Positions 48,594 to 58,106 of a stretch of DNA of 64,000 nucleotides are shown piece by piece. A program made the position numbers and the translations under genes. The stretch lies in IMG/VR virus record IMGVR_UViG_3300027763_000026; one strand, given 5' to 3'. The notes below the pieces were generated by a model that saw nothing but the letters and a program-made list of their open reading frames with translations, was not told the origin of the DNA and made no database searches. Each line of letters opens with the position of its first letter. The first letter of the stretch is position 1. The stretch comes from a virus.

Positions 48594-49009
48594 GGCTTTT
48601 AAATGTTAGCGGAAAGCTCGTTAACAAAAATGTCAGAAGATACCTAGTTAATTGGGAAGCGAAAAGTAGAAGCAAACTTCAATATAAGTTTAAAGAGTTT
48701 TTTTATCCTTATTGGAAAAATCATATAGTCTATGAGGAGTTCCCAGTTTATGGAAGCATGCTTAAAGTCGACTTATTAAATGCAACAAAAAAGATAGCCG
48801 TAGAGATACAAGGAGATCAACACGAATCCTTTAATAAATTTTTTCATGATAATTCAAGATTAAAATACCTTCAGAGCATTAAAAGAGATGTTAAAAAGGA
48901 GAAATGGATCGAATTAAATCAATTTAAATTCCTAGAACTCTACGAGAGCGACCTTAAAAATCTATCACCACAATATATAGAAGAAAAGTGCGGAGTACTC
49001 ATTATTTAA
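48590..49009 (+). CDS. PD-(D/E)XK / Vsr-like endonuclease
   Basis: EEFP...VDLL...IAVEIQGDQH...RD..K. Confidence 0.7.
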   Translation: MRLLNVSGKLVNKNVRRYLVNWEAKSRSKLQYKFKEFFYPYWKNHIVYEEFPVYGSMLKVDLLNATKKIAVEIQGDQHESFNKFFHDNSRLKYLQSIKRDVKKEKWIELNQFKFLELYESDLKNLSPQYIEEKCGVLII

Positions 49010-49024
49010 GTGTAAAACTTTATA

Positions 49025-49300
49025 GTGACTAACAAGAAAAAATTTAATTTTCCAGAGTCTTTGTTAAAACAGATTGACGAGTGCAGTTATGGCGGATATA
49101 TTCTGTTTAATTTCTCCGCCAAAGGAGAACCTCAAGTATACACAAAATTCGATAATCAAATAAATGCTATGGCCCTTTTATATTATTTAAATACATGGGG
49201 GCAAAGTGTTGATCAATTAAATTTCGAAGCCACCACGGATTTAATAAGCAGAAATAATGAAAAAGAAGACGAACAAGACGAGAATGATGAGGATAGTTAA
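49025..49300 (+). CDS. Hypothetical protein with acidic tail
   Basis: ORF track; AGTGTAA 9 nt upstream. Confidence 0.55.
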   Translation: MTNKKKFNFPESLLKQIDECSYGGYILFNFSAKGEPQVYTKFDNQINAMALLYYLNTWGQSVDQLNFEATTDLISRNNEKEDEQDENDEDS

Positions 49301-49303
49301 AAC

Positions 49304-49332
49304 TTGACTTTTAATTTTTAGTTTGGTATCAT
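49304..49332 (+). promoter_or_regulatory. Sigma-70 promoter of dnaB
   Basis: TTGACT-17-TATCAT-9-ATG. Confidence 0.7.
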
Positions 49333-49341
49333 GTATATTGA

Positions 49342-50826
49342 ATGATTTACTCTCTACAAGTTGAACGGCATGTCCTTAGCGGTTTATTAAAATATCAAGA
49401 TCTTTTTGCTGATATTGATGTCTTTTTATCTGAAAATGACTTTTTTAATGACGTTCATTCTACTATTTATTCGGTGTTTAAGAATATCAAATATAAAGGT
49501 GAAATTGTAGATAAAGTCTTGCTAGCAGAAAAGATAAAGAATTTGGGCATATCTTTTAAAGATGAAATTAATATTTTTGACTACATAGACAACTTAACCT
49601 TTTCTCAGATTACAGAACAAGCGACCATGACAGCATGCAAAGAATTAATTAAATTTAGAATAAGGAGAGAGCTTTGTCAAACAGCAGACAATCTCAAAGA
49701 ATACGTTACTAAAAATACAGAAGACTCATTAGACGAAATTATTAGTAAAATAGACGGGATATATAATAAAAAAATTTCATCTTATTCAGAAAACGATACC
49801 CCAATTAATATTTTCGAAGGAGTAGAAGATCTTATCGAAGAAAGAGGAAACTCTCCTAAAGACGAAACTGGGTTGATCACACCTTACTCAGAATTTAATA
49901 GGATGTACGGTGGCTTAAAAAATGGTAATATTTATGCTATCGCCAGTAGACCTGGTCAAGGAAAATCGACTTGGCTTAATGATATTTGTTTTAAAACCGC
50001 TATGAATCCCAAGAATAAAACCAAGACTTTAATTCTAGACACCGAAATGCAAACAGTAGATATTCAATTAAGGATGGTTGCATCTTTAAGTGGCGTGCCA
50101 GTTTGGTATCTTGAAACTGGCAACTGGCGTAAAAATGAAGAAATGACAAGGAAAGTGAGAGAAGCTTGGGGCAAGGTAAAGAAATATGAATATTTTCATT
50201 ATCATGTCGGCAATAAAAACATTGATCAAATTTGTTCTATAATTCGTAGATGGTACCTTTCTAAAGTCGGCAGAGGAAATCAAGCTATGATTGCTTATGA
50301 TTATATAAAATTAACTGGAGAAAAAGTTGGCCAAAATTGGGCAGAGCATCAGGCTATTGGAGACAAAATCGATAAGCTCAAAAGAATATCAGAAGAAATT
50401 CAATGCCCAGTTATTACCGCAATGCAATTGAATAGAACTGGAGAAAGCTTTAATAGGAAAGGCACAGAGGTAGTTGACGATAGCTCAGTCATTTCTTTAT
50501 CCGATAGGCTTCAATGGTTTGCCTCCTTTGTCGCGATCTTTAGAAGAAAAACTTTAGATGAGCTTACTCTAGACGGCCAAACGTTTGGCACACATAAATT
50601 GATACCAACAAAAACTAGGTTTCAAGGTAAGGACGCAGCAGGTCACCAAGACTTGGTGAGGAGATTAGACTCCAAAGGAAAAGAGACATGGGCACAGAAT
50701 TACTTGAATTATCAGGTAGAAAATTTTAATATCGAAGAGCGTGGCTCTTTGACCGATGTCTCTACCTCCCAAAGAGAGCGTTACGAACTTAATGATTCTA
50801 ATCAAAACGACGGAGAAATATTATGA
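49342..50826 (+). CDS. dnaB: Replicative DNA helicase
   Basis: ASRPGQGKST, TEM, DYIKL, QLNR, KTRF; N-terminal DnaB domain. Confidence 0.9.
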   Translation: MIYSLQVERHVLSGLLKYQDLFADIDVFLSENDFFNDVHSTIYSVFKNIKYKGEIVDKVLLAEKIKNLGISFKDEINIFDYIDNLTFSQITEQATMTACKELIKFRIRRELCQTADNLKEYVTKNTEDSLDEIISKIDGIYNKKISSYSENDTPINIFEGVEDLIEERGNSPKDETGLITPYSEFNRMYGGLKNGNIYAIASRPGQGKSTWLNDICFKTAMNPKNKTKTLILDTEMQTVDIQLRMVASLSGVPVWYLETGNWRKNEEMTRKVREAWGKVKKYEYFHYHVGNKNIDQICSIIRRWYLSKVGRGNQAMIAYDYIKLTGEKVGQNWAEHQAIGDKIDKLKRISEEIQCPVITAMQLNRTGESFNRKGTEVVDDSSVISLSDRLQWFASFVAIFRRKTLDELTLDGQTFGTHKLIPTKTRFQGKDAAGHQDLVRRLDSKGKETWAQNYLNYQVENFNIEERGSLTDVSTSQRERYELNDSNQNDGEIL

Positions 50827-51479
50827 GCGTAATTTTAGTGTCAGTAACAAAACCAGAGATTAAACAAATTAAAAATGCAGAAGATTTAGTTGCATTTTGC
50901 GCTAGAGTTAGCAATCCGTCTAATCAAATGAATACTGAGAGCGCCCCAAAACTATTAAAATTTTTAATTAAACACAAGCATTGGAGTCCATTTGAACTTG
51001 TCGATATGTGTGTTGAAATTAAAACTAGTCGTGGAATCGCTGCTCAAATTTTAAGGCATAGATCATTTAGCTTTCAGGAATTTTCGCAAAGATATAGCGA
51101 AGCTACCGATTATGAAGATGTAGAATTAAGGCTTCAAGGAAGTAAGAATAGGCAAGTCGGAGAAGATCTTTTACCAAAAAATCATCCAGAATTTAATAAT
51201 TTAAATGCGCTTTTAGCAGAATCTCTTTCTTTGTCTGAGCATTGTTATCGAACAATGGTAGACAATGGCATAGCTAAAGAAGTAGCAAGAATGGTTTTAC
51301 CCTTGACAACGCAAACTACAATGTATATGAAAGGGTCTTTAAGAAGCTGGATTCATTACATTGACTTGAGAACTCAAGACAATACCCAAAAAGAACACAG
51401 ATTGATTGCTGATCAATGCAAAAAAATATTCATAGACAACTTTCCAGTAATATCAGAGGCATTAGAATGGAAGAATTAA
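50823..51479 (+). CDS. thyX: Flavin-dependent thymidylate synthase
   Basis: HWSPFE, RHRSFSFQEFSQRY, EVARMVLP, QKEH. Confidence 0.95.
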   Translation: MSVILVSVTKPEIKQIKNAEDLVAFCARVSNPSNQMNTESAPKLLKFLIKHKHWSPFELVDMCVEIKTSRGIAAQILRHRSFSFQEFSQRYSEATDYEDVELRLQGSKNRQVGEDLLPKNHPEFNNLNALLAESLSLSEHCYRTMVDNGIAKEVARMVLPLTTQTTMYMKGSLRSWIHYIDLRTQDNTQKEHRLIADQCKKIFIDNFPVISEALEWKN

Positions 51480-52372
51480 ACGTCTTTCAAGTCCTTACGG
51501 ATTTAGGATATAAATTGAAAGACCATGGTAAAGAATATCGCGCAAGACCTTTATATAGAGATAGCGACAACGACACAGTATTAAAAATAGAAAAAAATAG
51601 CGGTAACTGGTTCGATTTTAAACAGAACATAAGTGGCGATTTAAATTCATTAGTTAAAATAACTTTAAAATTAGATGACGTTGATGAAGCTAAACAATGG
51701 CTTAAGAATAAAAATTTCATATCTCAAGTCGCTTCCGATTTAGAAAAGCCTTTAATTAAATCTTCGAAAAGTTTTGATATAAATATTTTAGATAGACTAG
51801 AGAATCGACACGACTATTGGATCAATAGAAATATAGATCAAGAAACTATATCTCAATTTAAAGGTGGCGTAGCGCACGCTGGCAAAATGAAGAATAGGTA
51901 TGTTTTTCCTATTTTCAATTTAAAAAATAATATCATAGGGTTCTCTGGCAGAGACGTTACAAACATGTCTAAGATAAAATGGAAACATCTTGGGGAAAAA
52001 AGCGATTTTTTATATCCATTATTTTTAAATCATTCTATATTAGAGCAACAAAGGGAAATTATACTGGTAGAGAGTGTAGGAGATATGCTAAATCTATGGC
52101 AAAATGATATTAAAAATGTTTTAGTTACTTTCGGCACGAGCCTTAGCTTGCCCATACTAAATCATATGCTTAAATTAGATATTAAAAAAATATATATCAG
52201 CTTGAATAATGATTCAAATAAAAATATGGCAGGGAATATTGGTGCAGAGAAAATCCATTCTAGGCTCAAAAGATATTTTGATCAACGACAATTTAAAATT
52301 GCACTACCTATTAAAAAAGATTTTGGAGAGATGACAAGGGAGGAGATACTTCAATGGAAAAAAACTCTTTAA
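51467..52372 (+). CDS. DnaG-like TOPRIM primase
   Basis: RYVFPI...GFSGR, KWKH, LVESVGD, NND...G; start set to ATG 51467. Confidence 0.8.
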   Translation: MEELNVFQVLTDLGYKLKDHGKEYRARPLYRDSDNDTVLKIEKNSGNWFDFKQNISGDLNSLVKITLKLDDVDEAKQWLKNKNFISQVASDLEKPLIKSSKSFDINILDRLENRHDYWINRNIDQETISQFKGGVAHAGKMKNRYVFPIFNLKNNIIGFSGRDVTNMSKIKWKHLGEKSDFLYPLFLNHSILEQQREIILVESVGDMLNLWQNDIKNVLVTFGTSLSLPILNHMLKLDIKKIYISLNNDSNKNMAGNIGAEKIHSRLKRYFDQRQFKIALPIKKDFGEMTREEILQWKKTL

Positions 52373-53304
52373 AAGCATTGTCAGCATCTAGAATTAAAAC
52401 TCTTGAAACCTGTTCTTGGGTTTACTGGAACAATTATCACGCTAAAGTTCCTCAAACTCAGAATGAAGGAGCTTTGAGAGGTACAATTTGTCACACAGTT
52501 TTTGAATTACTATTAAGGGAAAGGCACAAAAGACATTATGATATTATAATTAAAAATAATTCGATAAACGGTAGTAAAAGTATATCCAGATTAGTTAAAA
52601 AATTGTCATTGAAGGTCGGCCTTGCATACTCTAATTACGAGTTATTGGATCAAATGATATTAGTCGGACTCAAAGAGGATTTCTTTGGAGAAAATGGTAA
52701 AATAGTAAAACCAGAATATTCTTTTGATATTCAAAACGATCACCCTAAATATCATATTCGTGGGTTTATGGACAAGCCCATTAAAATCAAAAAAGAAATG
52801 CATATAATCGACTACAAGAGCTCTAAATATAAATTCAGAGGAGATGAGCTTGAGGCCAATATACAAGCGATGATGTATAGTCTAGCTAGTAAAAAACTTT
52901 GGCCTAAATTAAAACCTATAATCAAATTTCTTTTTCTTAGATTCCCTAAAAAGCCTACTCAGGAACTTTCATTTAATGACGAGCAAATCAAAGGGTTTGA
53001 ATATTACTTAGAGCATATTAACGAATATATAAATAATTTTGATGAAAATAGCGCAAAGGCTAATTTCGCAGTAGATAGCCAAAAGAATAAATGGATGTGC
53101 GGTATAGGGTCTTGGGTGTGTCCATATAAAGCTTCTTATGATTATTATGTCAAAATAAATGAGGGCGGAGAAATTGTAGAAACCAGCCTAAAGAATGATT
53201 TTAAAAATATTGACGGTTTTAAAATAGAAGCAAGAAAATATGAAGGATGCCCAAAATTTAATAATGCAGAAGAGGCTTCAGAAAAAGATAATTTTTTAGA
53301 TTGA
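52354..53304 (+). CDS. PD-(D/E)XK exonuclease (RecB/Cas4-like)
   Basis: LSASRIKT...C, GTICH, RGFMDK...IIDYKS, late Cys residues. Confidence 0.8.
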   Translation: MEKNSLKALSASRIKTLETCSWVYWNNYHAKVPQTQNEGALRGTICHTVFELLLRERHKRHYDIIIKNNSINGSKSISRLVKKLSLKVGLAYSNYELLDQMILVGLKEDFFGENGKIVKPEYSFDIQNDHPKYHIRGFMDKPIKIKKEMHIIDYKSSKYKFRGDELEANIQAMMYSLASKKLWPKLKPIIKFLFLRFPKKPTQELSFNDEQIKGFEYYLEHINEYINNFDENSAKANFAVDSQKNKWMCGIGSWVCPYKASYDYYVKINEGGEIVETSLKNDFKNIDGFKIEARKYEGCPKFNNAEEASEKDNFLD

Positions 53305-53329
53305 TTTTTTATAAAATTGTTGTTAAACT
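53301..53329 (+). promoter_or_regulatory. Sigma-70 promoter of the polymerase operon
   Basis: TTGATT-17-TAAACT-7-ATG. Confidence 0.65.
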
Positions 53330-53336
53330 AGTATAA

Positions 53337-54083
53337 ATGATACCTCTGTTTAAATCTCACTATTCTTTGGGTAGATCTATCTTGACGCTTGAAGACAAAG
53401 ATAAAAAAGATGATTATCCAGATTCTATTATCCAAATCTGCAAAGAAAACAAAATGAAAGAGCTTTATCTAGTAGAAGATAATATGTCTTCATTTCTTGA
53501 GGCTTACTCAAATTGTCGCAAAAATAATATTAAATTAAATTATGGATTAAGAATATCCGTTACTGACTCAATGAGCGATAAATCTGAAGAGTCAAGGACC
53601 AAGTCTTCGAAGATAATTTTATTTTTTAAAAATAAAAAAGGGTATCAGAGCTTAACAAAACTTTATAGTATCGCAGCAAAAGAAGGATTTTATTACGAAC
53701 CAAGATTAGATTACGAAACAATTTCCAAAAATTGGACGGATGATTTGATTCTATGCATACCCTTTTACGATTCTTTTATATTCAATAATACTCTTAAAAA
53801 TGGCCTCTGTATTCCGCAGTTTGATTTCACAAAACCCATCTTCTTTATAGAAGACAATGACCTACCATTCGATTCGCTAGTCAAGCGAAAAGCTTTATCT
53901 TTTGCAGAGAAGAATAATCTTAAGGTCTATGAAGCGCAAAGTATTTTTTACAAAGAAAGAAAAGACTTTAAAGCTTACCTAACTTTTAGGTGCATTAACA
54001 ATAGAAGCGTCTTAAATAAGCCTAATTTAGACCATATGTCAAGTGACGAATTTTGCTTTGAAAAGCTTTATAAAAGGAACTAA
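53337..54083 (+). CDS. Stand-alone PHP domain of DNA polymerase III alpha
   Basis: KSHYSLGRSIL, EDN, FYYEPRLD correspond to the DnaE N terminus. Confidence 0.8.
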   Translation: MIPLFKSHYSLGRSILTLEDKDKKDDYPDSIIQICKENKMKELYLVEDNMSSFLEAYSNCRKNNIKLNYGLRISVTDSMSDKSEESRTKSSKIILFFKNKKGYQSLTKLYSIAAKEGFYYEPRLDYETISKNWTDDLILCIPFYDSFIFNNTLKNGLCIPQFDFTKPIFFIEDNDLPFDSLVKRKALSFAEKNNLKVYEAQSIFYKERKDFKAYLTFRCINNRSVLNKPNLDHMSSDEFCFEKLYKRN

Positions 54084-54721
54084 TGGACGAACATCTTTTA
54101 AGATACGACAAAGATAAGACTATAGTTTTTATAGATTGCGAGACCCTTAATCTTTGTCTTAATTTTTGTCATAATATTCCTTGGCAGATAGCGATGATAA
54201 AAGTCAAAGGGGACAAAAAAATAGATCAGAAAAATTTTTATTTAAAATGGGACACAGATTTAAAGATAAGTCAAGAGGCGGCGATAGTCACAAGATATGA
54301 TCATAGAAAAGTTCAAAAAGAAGGCTTTGATCCCAAAGAGGTTTTTCCTACCATAAAAGATTGGCTAGATAACGCAGATTATATCATCGGACATAATATT
54401 TTAGGGTTTGACATTTATCTCATAAAAGAATATTATAAAACTATGGAATCAAATTGGAAAGGTTTAATGGATAAAATCATAGATACTAATGCCATGGCAA
54501 GAGGTATTAAGTATAATTCTATTTACACTCCTAAAGATGACCTACTTGAATATCAATATAAAATTCTTAACACCAGAAAGAGAAACGTTAAAAGCTCTTT
54601 GACTTTTCTCGGCAAAGAGAACGGCATAGAACATGATTATGAAAATCTTCACGATGCGATAAATGATCTTGATTTAAATTTAAAAGTGTGGAACAAATTA
54701 AAATGGCAGATAGAGGTATAA
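54083..54721 (+). CDS. DEDDh 3'-5' exonuclease (DnaQ-like)
   Basis: FIDCET, GHNILGFD, LHDAIND. Confidence 0.85.
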   Translation: MDEHLLRYDKDKTIVFIDCETLNLCLNFCHNIPWQIAMIKVKGDKKIDQKNFYLKWDTDLKISQEAAIVTRYDHRKVQKEGFDPKEVFPTIKDWLDNADYIIGHNILGFDIYLIKEYYKTMESNWKGLMDKIIDTNAMARGIKYNSIYTPKDDLLEYQYKILNTRKRNVKSSLTFLGKENGIEHDYENLHDAINDLDLNLKVWNKLKWQIEV

Positions 54722-54722
54722 A

Positions 54723-54953
54723 ATGGGTTCATTAGATAACGTTTATGACACTATACAAAAATTAGAAGATTACGGAGTGGAATATCTTCTTATAACTATA
54801 GAAAAAGGAAAGAAGAAAGGTAAAGCCGATGTATTCTATAGCTTAAAAGATAAAGCCTCTATGAAAATCTTATCAAGAGGGCTAGAAATCTTTAATGAAG
54901 AAATAGATAAAATTGAAAAAGAGCAAGAGGAAAACGAAAATGAAGACGAATAA
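54723..54953 (+). CDS. Hypothetical protein
   Basis: ORF track; coupled between the exonuclease and dnaE. Confidence 0.55.
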   Translation: MGSLDNVYDTIQKLEDYGVEYLLITIEKGKKKGKADVFYSLKDKASMKILSRGLEIFNEEIDKIEKEQEENENEDE

Positions 54954-57528
54954 TTATTCTAATATTAAAGATTTTTCTGCTCAATTCGAGAATACAGATC
55001 TAGATATTCATGGAGTTAGATTACCTGAGTTTAAAATTGATCTTGCTTCTAAAAGACATTTAGCTATTAGCGAGGACTCATCAAATTATGATTTTTTAAG
55101 AGCTTTAGCGCTTAATGGTTTTAAAACTTTAAATATCAATAAAACCAATAAAGATTATAAGAAATATGTTGATAGAGCAAAGTATGAGTTAGATACCTTA
55201 AAAGAGTTAGGGTTCATTGATTACGTATTATTAGTCTGGGACGTTATCCATTTTTGTAAAACTAGCGATATCCCAGTAGGCTTAGGCAGAGGTTCAGCAG
55301 CTGGGTCCTTGATATTGTACTTGGTGGGGGTTACCAGAATTGATCCAGTTAAATATGACCTCTATTTTGAAAGATTTATATCTAAGATTCGTGCTAAAAA
55401 GCAGGTTATTGATGGGGTAACATATCTGGATGGCAGTTTGATGTGCGACGTAGATTTAGATATTTGTTATTATAACCGTCAAAAAGTATTACAATATCTA
55501 GAAACTAAATTCAAAGGTAAAACTAGCAAAATATTAACCTTTAATAGTTTAAGCGGTAAATTACTTATTAAAGAGTGTGGTAAAATTATCGCTGAAAAAC
55601 CCGAGCAAGAAATGACTATGATCTCTTCTTTAATTCCTAAAACCTATGGTCAAGTCAAAGATATTTCAGAAGCTTATCAAGAAGTTGAGCAGTTTAAAGA
55701 TTGGTGCGACCAAAATAAAGAAGCGTATCAAATAGCCCTGAGATTGCGAGATTTAATCAAAAATAAAGGAGTACACCCTTCTGGAGTGCTACTTTCTTAT
55801 TACGATTTAGAAACTATATGCCCAACAGAATTTTCTTCGGATAAAGAAGTCGTGTCTAGTTTTGATATGAACTGGGCAAGTGTTTTTAATATAAAGTTAG
55901 ATATTCTTGGCTTAAGAAGCGTTTCTGTCGTAGATAATGTTTGCAAGAGTATTAATATAAAAATAGAAGACATAAATTTAAATCATGAGTCTATTTATAG
56001 GAATTTACAAGATTTAAAATCCCCACATGGTTTATTTCAAATCGAAGCAGAAACTAATTTTAGAGTATGCCAAAAAGTTAAACCGAAAAGTTTAGAAGAG
56101 CTTAGCGGTGTTCTTGCCTTGGCTAGACCTGGAGCCCTTCAATTCGTAGATAAATACGCAGCCCATACAAATTATCAGCAATCAGAAAGTATTCATCCGT
56201 TCTTTGATGAGATTTTAAAAGAAACTGGCGGAGTTGCTTTATACCAAGAGCAATTAATGAAAATGGCCCATAAGATTGGTTTTACTTTGGACGAAGCAGA
56301 AATCTTAAGAAGAATCGTGGGTAAAAAGAAAACCGAAGAGATTAAAGCTTGGAAAGATAAGATCGAGAAAAAATGCGAACAAAATAAACTCCCTATGGAG
56401 ATTAGCGAAATTCTTTGGAAAATTTTAGAAGATTCTGCAAATTATAGCTTCAATAAATCACATTCTATTTCTTACGCAGGATTAGCCGCAATTACTGTTT
56501 ATCTTAAATTTAATTATCCTCAACAATTCTTTTTGTCATTATTAAAAATGACTAGGAATGAGCCAGACCCAATTGGAGAAATATCTAAGATTCAAAAAGA
56601 AATGCATAACTTTGGAATCAGGCTTCTCCCTCCTCATATCATTAAATCAGAAATGGACTTCTCGACTGAGAACAACGATATTAGATTTGGTCTATTATCA
56701 ATCAAAGGGATTAGCGATAAGTCAATAGAAAAATTAAATAGTTTTAGAAATAAATATTCAAATAAATTTGAGATATTTGAAGCCGCAGAAGAAGCTGGAT
56801 TAAATATTGGGGCGCTATCTGCATTAATTCAAGCTGGGGCACTTAGCGGGTTTAATCAATCAAGAAGTAAAATAGTGTTAGAGGTCCAATTATGGAACAT
56901 GCTTACCTCTAAGGAGAAAAAGTACGCTATATCATTTGCGGATAAATTTGATTATGATTTAATTAAAATCATTAAACATCTGAATAAGTTCACTGATGAG
57001 AAAAATAAAGTAGTTATCAAAGACAATAGATTAAAAACTATTAAAGAAAAATATACTCCATATCTAAGTATATATGAACAAAATAATAAAAGTGAAAGTT
57101 TTGCTAACTGGTATTACGAAAAGAAGCTCTTAGGGTATACTTACAATAAAGATCTAAAAGATATCTTTGCAGAAAAAAGAGAAAATCTCAAATACGTATC
57201 TGATGTATTAGATGAACCAGTCAATGCTAAAGTAGCTTTAGTTGGACAGATAGAAGAAATATTTTCTGGTATAGCTAAAAATGCTAAAAAGACAAAGTAT
57301 GTTAGGCTAAAGATATCAGACGAAACAAGCACAGTTAGCGTATTAATATTCAACGATAATATCGAGACAAACAAATTACTCAATGATAGGAGTTTTGAAG
57401 AGGGAAATATTGTTATAGTTAAAGGCTCGAAAAGAGATGATTGTATATTTGGCGATTTAATAGCGATCCAAGATCATGAGATTTATATGAAATTAAATGA
57501 TTTGAAAAAGATTGAGAAAAACAATTGA
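54913..57528 (+). CDS. dnaE: Family C DNA polymerase (Pol III alpha) catalytic subunit lacking PHP
   Basis: GRGSAAGS, FERF, DVDLD, KLDILGL, YQEQ, FNKSHS, HhH, C-terminal OB; likely start 54940. Confidence 0.92.
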   Translation: MKKSKRKTKMKTNNYSNIKDFSAQFENTDLDIHGVRLPEFKIDLASKRHLAISEDSSNYDFLRALALNGFKTLNINKTNKDYKKYVDRAKYELDTLKELGFIDYVLLVWDVIHFCKTSDIPVGLGRGSAAGSLILYLVGVTRIDPVKYDLYFERFISKIRAKKQVIDGVTYLDGSLMCDVDLDICYYNRQKVLQYLETKFKGKTSKILTFNSLSGKLLIKECGKIIAEKPEQEMTMISSLIPKTYGQVKDISEAYQEVEQFKDWCDQNKEAYQIALRLRDLIKNKGVHPSGVLLSYYDLETICPTEFSSDKEVVSSFDMNWASVFNIKLDILGLRSVSVVDNVCKSINIKIEDINLNHESIYRNLQDLKSPHGLFQIEAETNFRVCQKVKPKSLEELSGVLALARPGALQFVDKYAAHTNYQQSESIHPFFDEILKETGGVALYQEQLMKMAHKIGFTLDEAEILRRIVGKKKTEEIKAWKDKIEKKCEQNKLPMEISEILWKILEDSANYSFNKSHSISYAGLAAITVYLKFNYPQQFFLSLLKMTRNEPDPIGEISKIQKEMHNFGIRLLPPHIIKSEMDFSTENNDIRFGLLSIKGISDKSIEKLNSFRNKYSNKFEIFEAAEEAGLNIGALSALIQAGALSGFNQSRSKIVLEVQLWNMLTSKEKKYAISFADKFDYDLIKIIKHLNKFTDEKNKVVIKDNRLKTIKEKYTPYLSIYEQNNKSESFANWYYEKKLLGYTYNKDLKDIFAEKRENLKYVSDVLDEPVNAKVALVGQIEEIFSGIAKNAKKTKYVRLKISDETSTVSVLIFNDNIETNKLLNDRSFEEGNIVIVKGSKRDDCIFGDLIAIQDHEIYMKLNDLKKIEKNN

Positions 57529-57553
57529 CATTACTTTATATTTAAGATAATAT
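57525..57553 (+). promoter_or_regulatory. Sigma-70 promoter, leaderless
   Basis: TTGACA-17-TAATAT-6-ATG(57560). Confidence 0.75.
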
Positions 57554-57559
57554 ATTAAT

Positions 57560-58102
57560 ATGATATCATTCTACAAACCTAATAGTAAAAATAGTGGAAC
57601 TGCTTGCAGTTTCACAGTAAACGCAAAAGACGCTTCGATTTGGGGCTCATTAATTAAACAGTCCTCTTGGAATGAGGCTAAGAAAATTGGTTCGTTCTCC
57701 GAAAATCAAAATAACCCGAATAAAAGCGTTAAAGTTAAATTTTCATTAACAGAGGCTGCTGGTATTTTAGACGCTATTGAAAGAAATACAGAATTTTCAG
57801 CATATCATACTTCAGAGAAACAGACCACGCGAATTAAATTATGTCCATATATCAGGGACGAAAAACAAGTTGGATTCTCTTATGCGGTGAATAAAGAGGA
57901 CAAACAAAATAGCGAAAATAAACAATCGTATTTGATTGGCTTTTATTTTAATGAGGCTAGATTATTGAAACAATTCTTATCCTACGCTTTAGATTCAGTT
58001 TTTGAATCCCAAAGAATTGAAATGATTAAAAAATTAAAAAATAACCCCAAAGAAACCAAAGAAAAAGAAACAACTACAGAAGAAGATAGCGAGCTCTGGT
58101 AG
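57560..58102 (+). CDS. Conserved hypothetical protein, possibly PC4/Whirly-like ssDNA-binding
   Basis: Beta-rich N terminus then KFSLTEAAGIL helix, acidic C terminus; fold is a guess. Confidence 0.5.
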   Translation: MISFYKPNSKNSGTACSFTVNAKDASIWGSLIKQSSWNEAKKIGSFSENQNNPNKSVKVKFSLTEAAGILDAIERNTEFSAYHTSEKQTTRIKLCPYIRDEKQVGFSYAVNKEDKQNSENKQSYLIGFYFNEARLLKQFLSYALDSVFESQRIEMIKKLKNNPKETKEKETTTEEDSELW

Positions 58103-58106
58103 TTGA

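Noticed and set aside
17248-57528. Inteins or introns in nrdA, recA, dnaB or dnaE
   Set aside because: Protein lengths fit uninterrupted enzymes; no C/S...HN splice ends or LAGLIDADG blocks were noticed.
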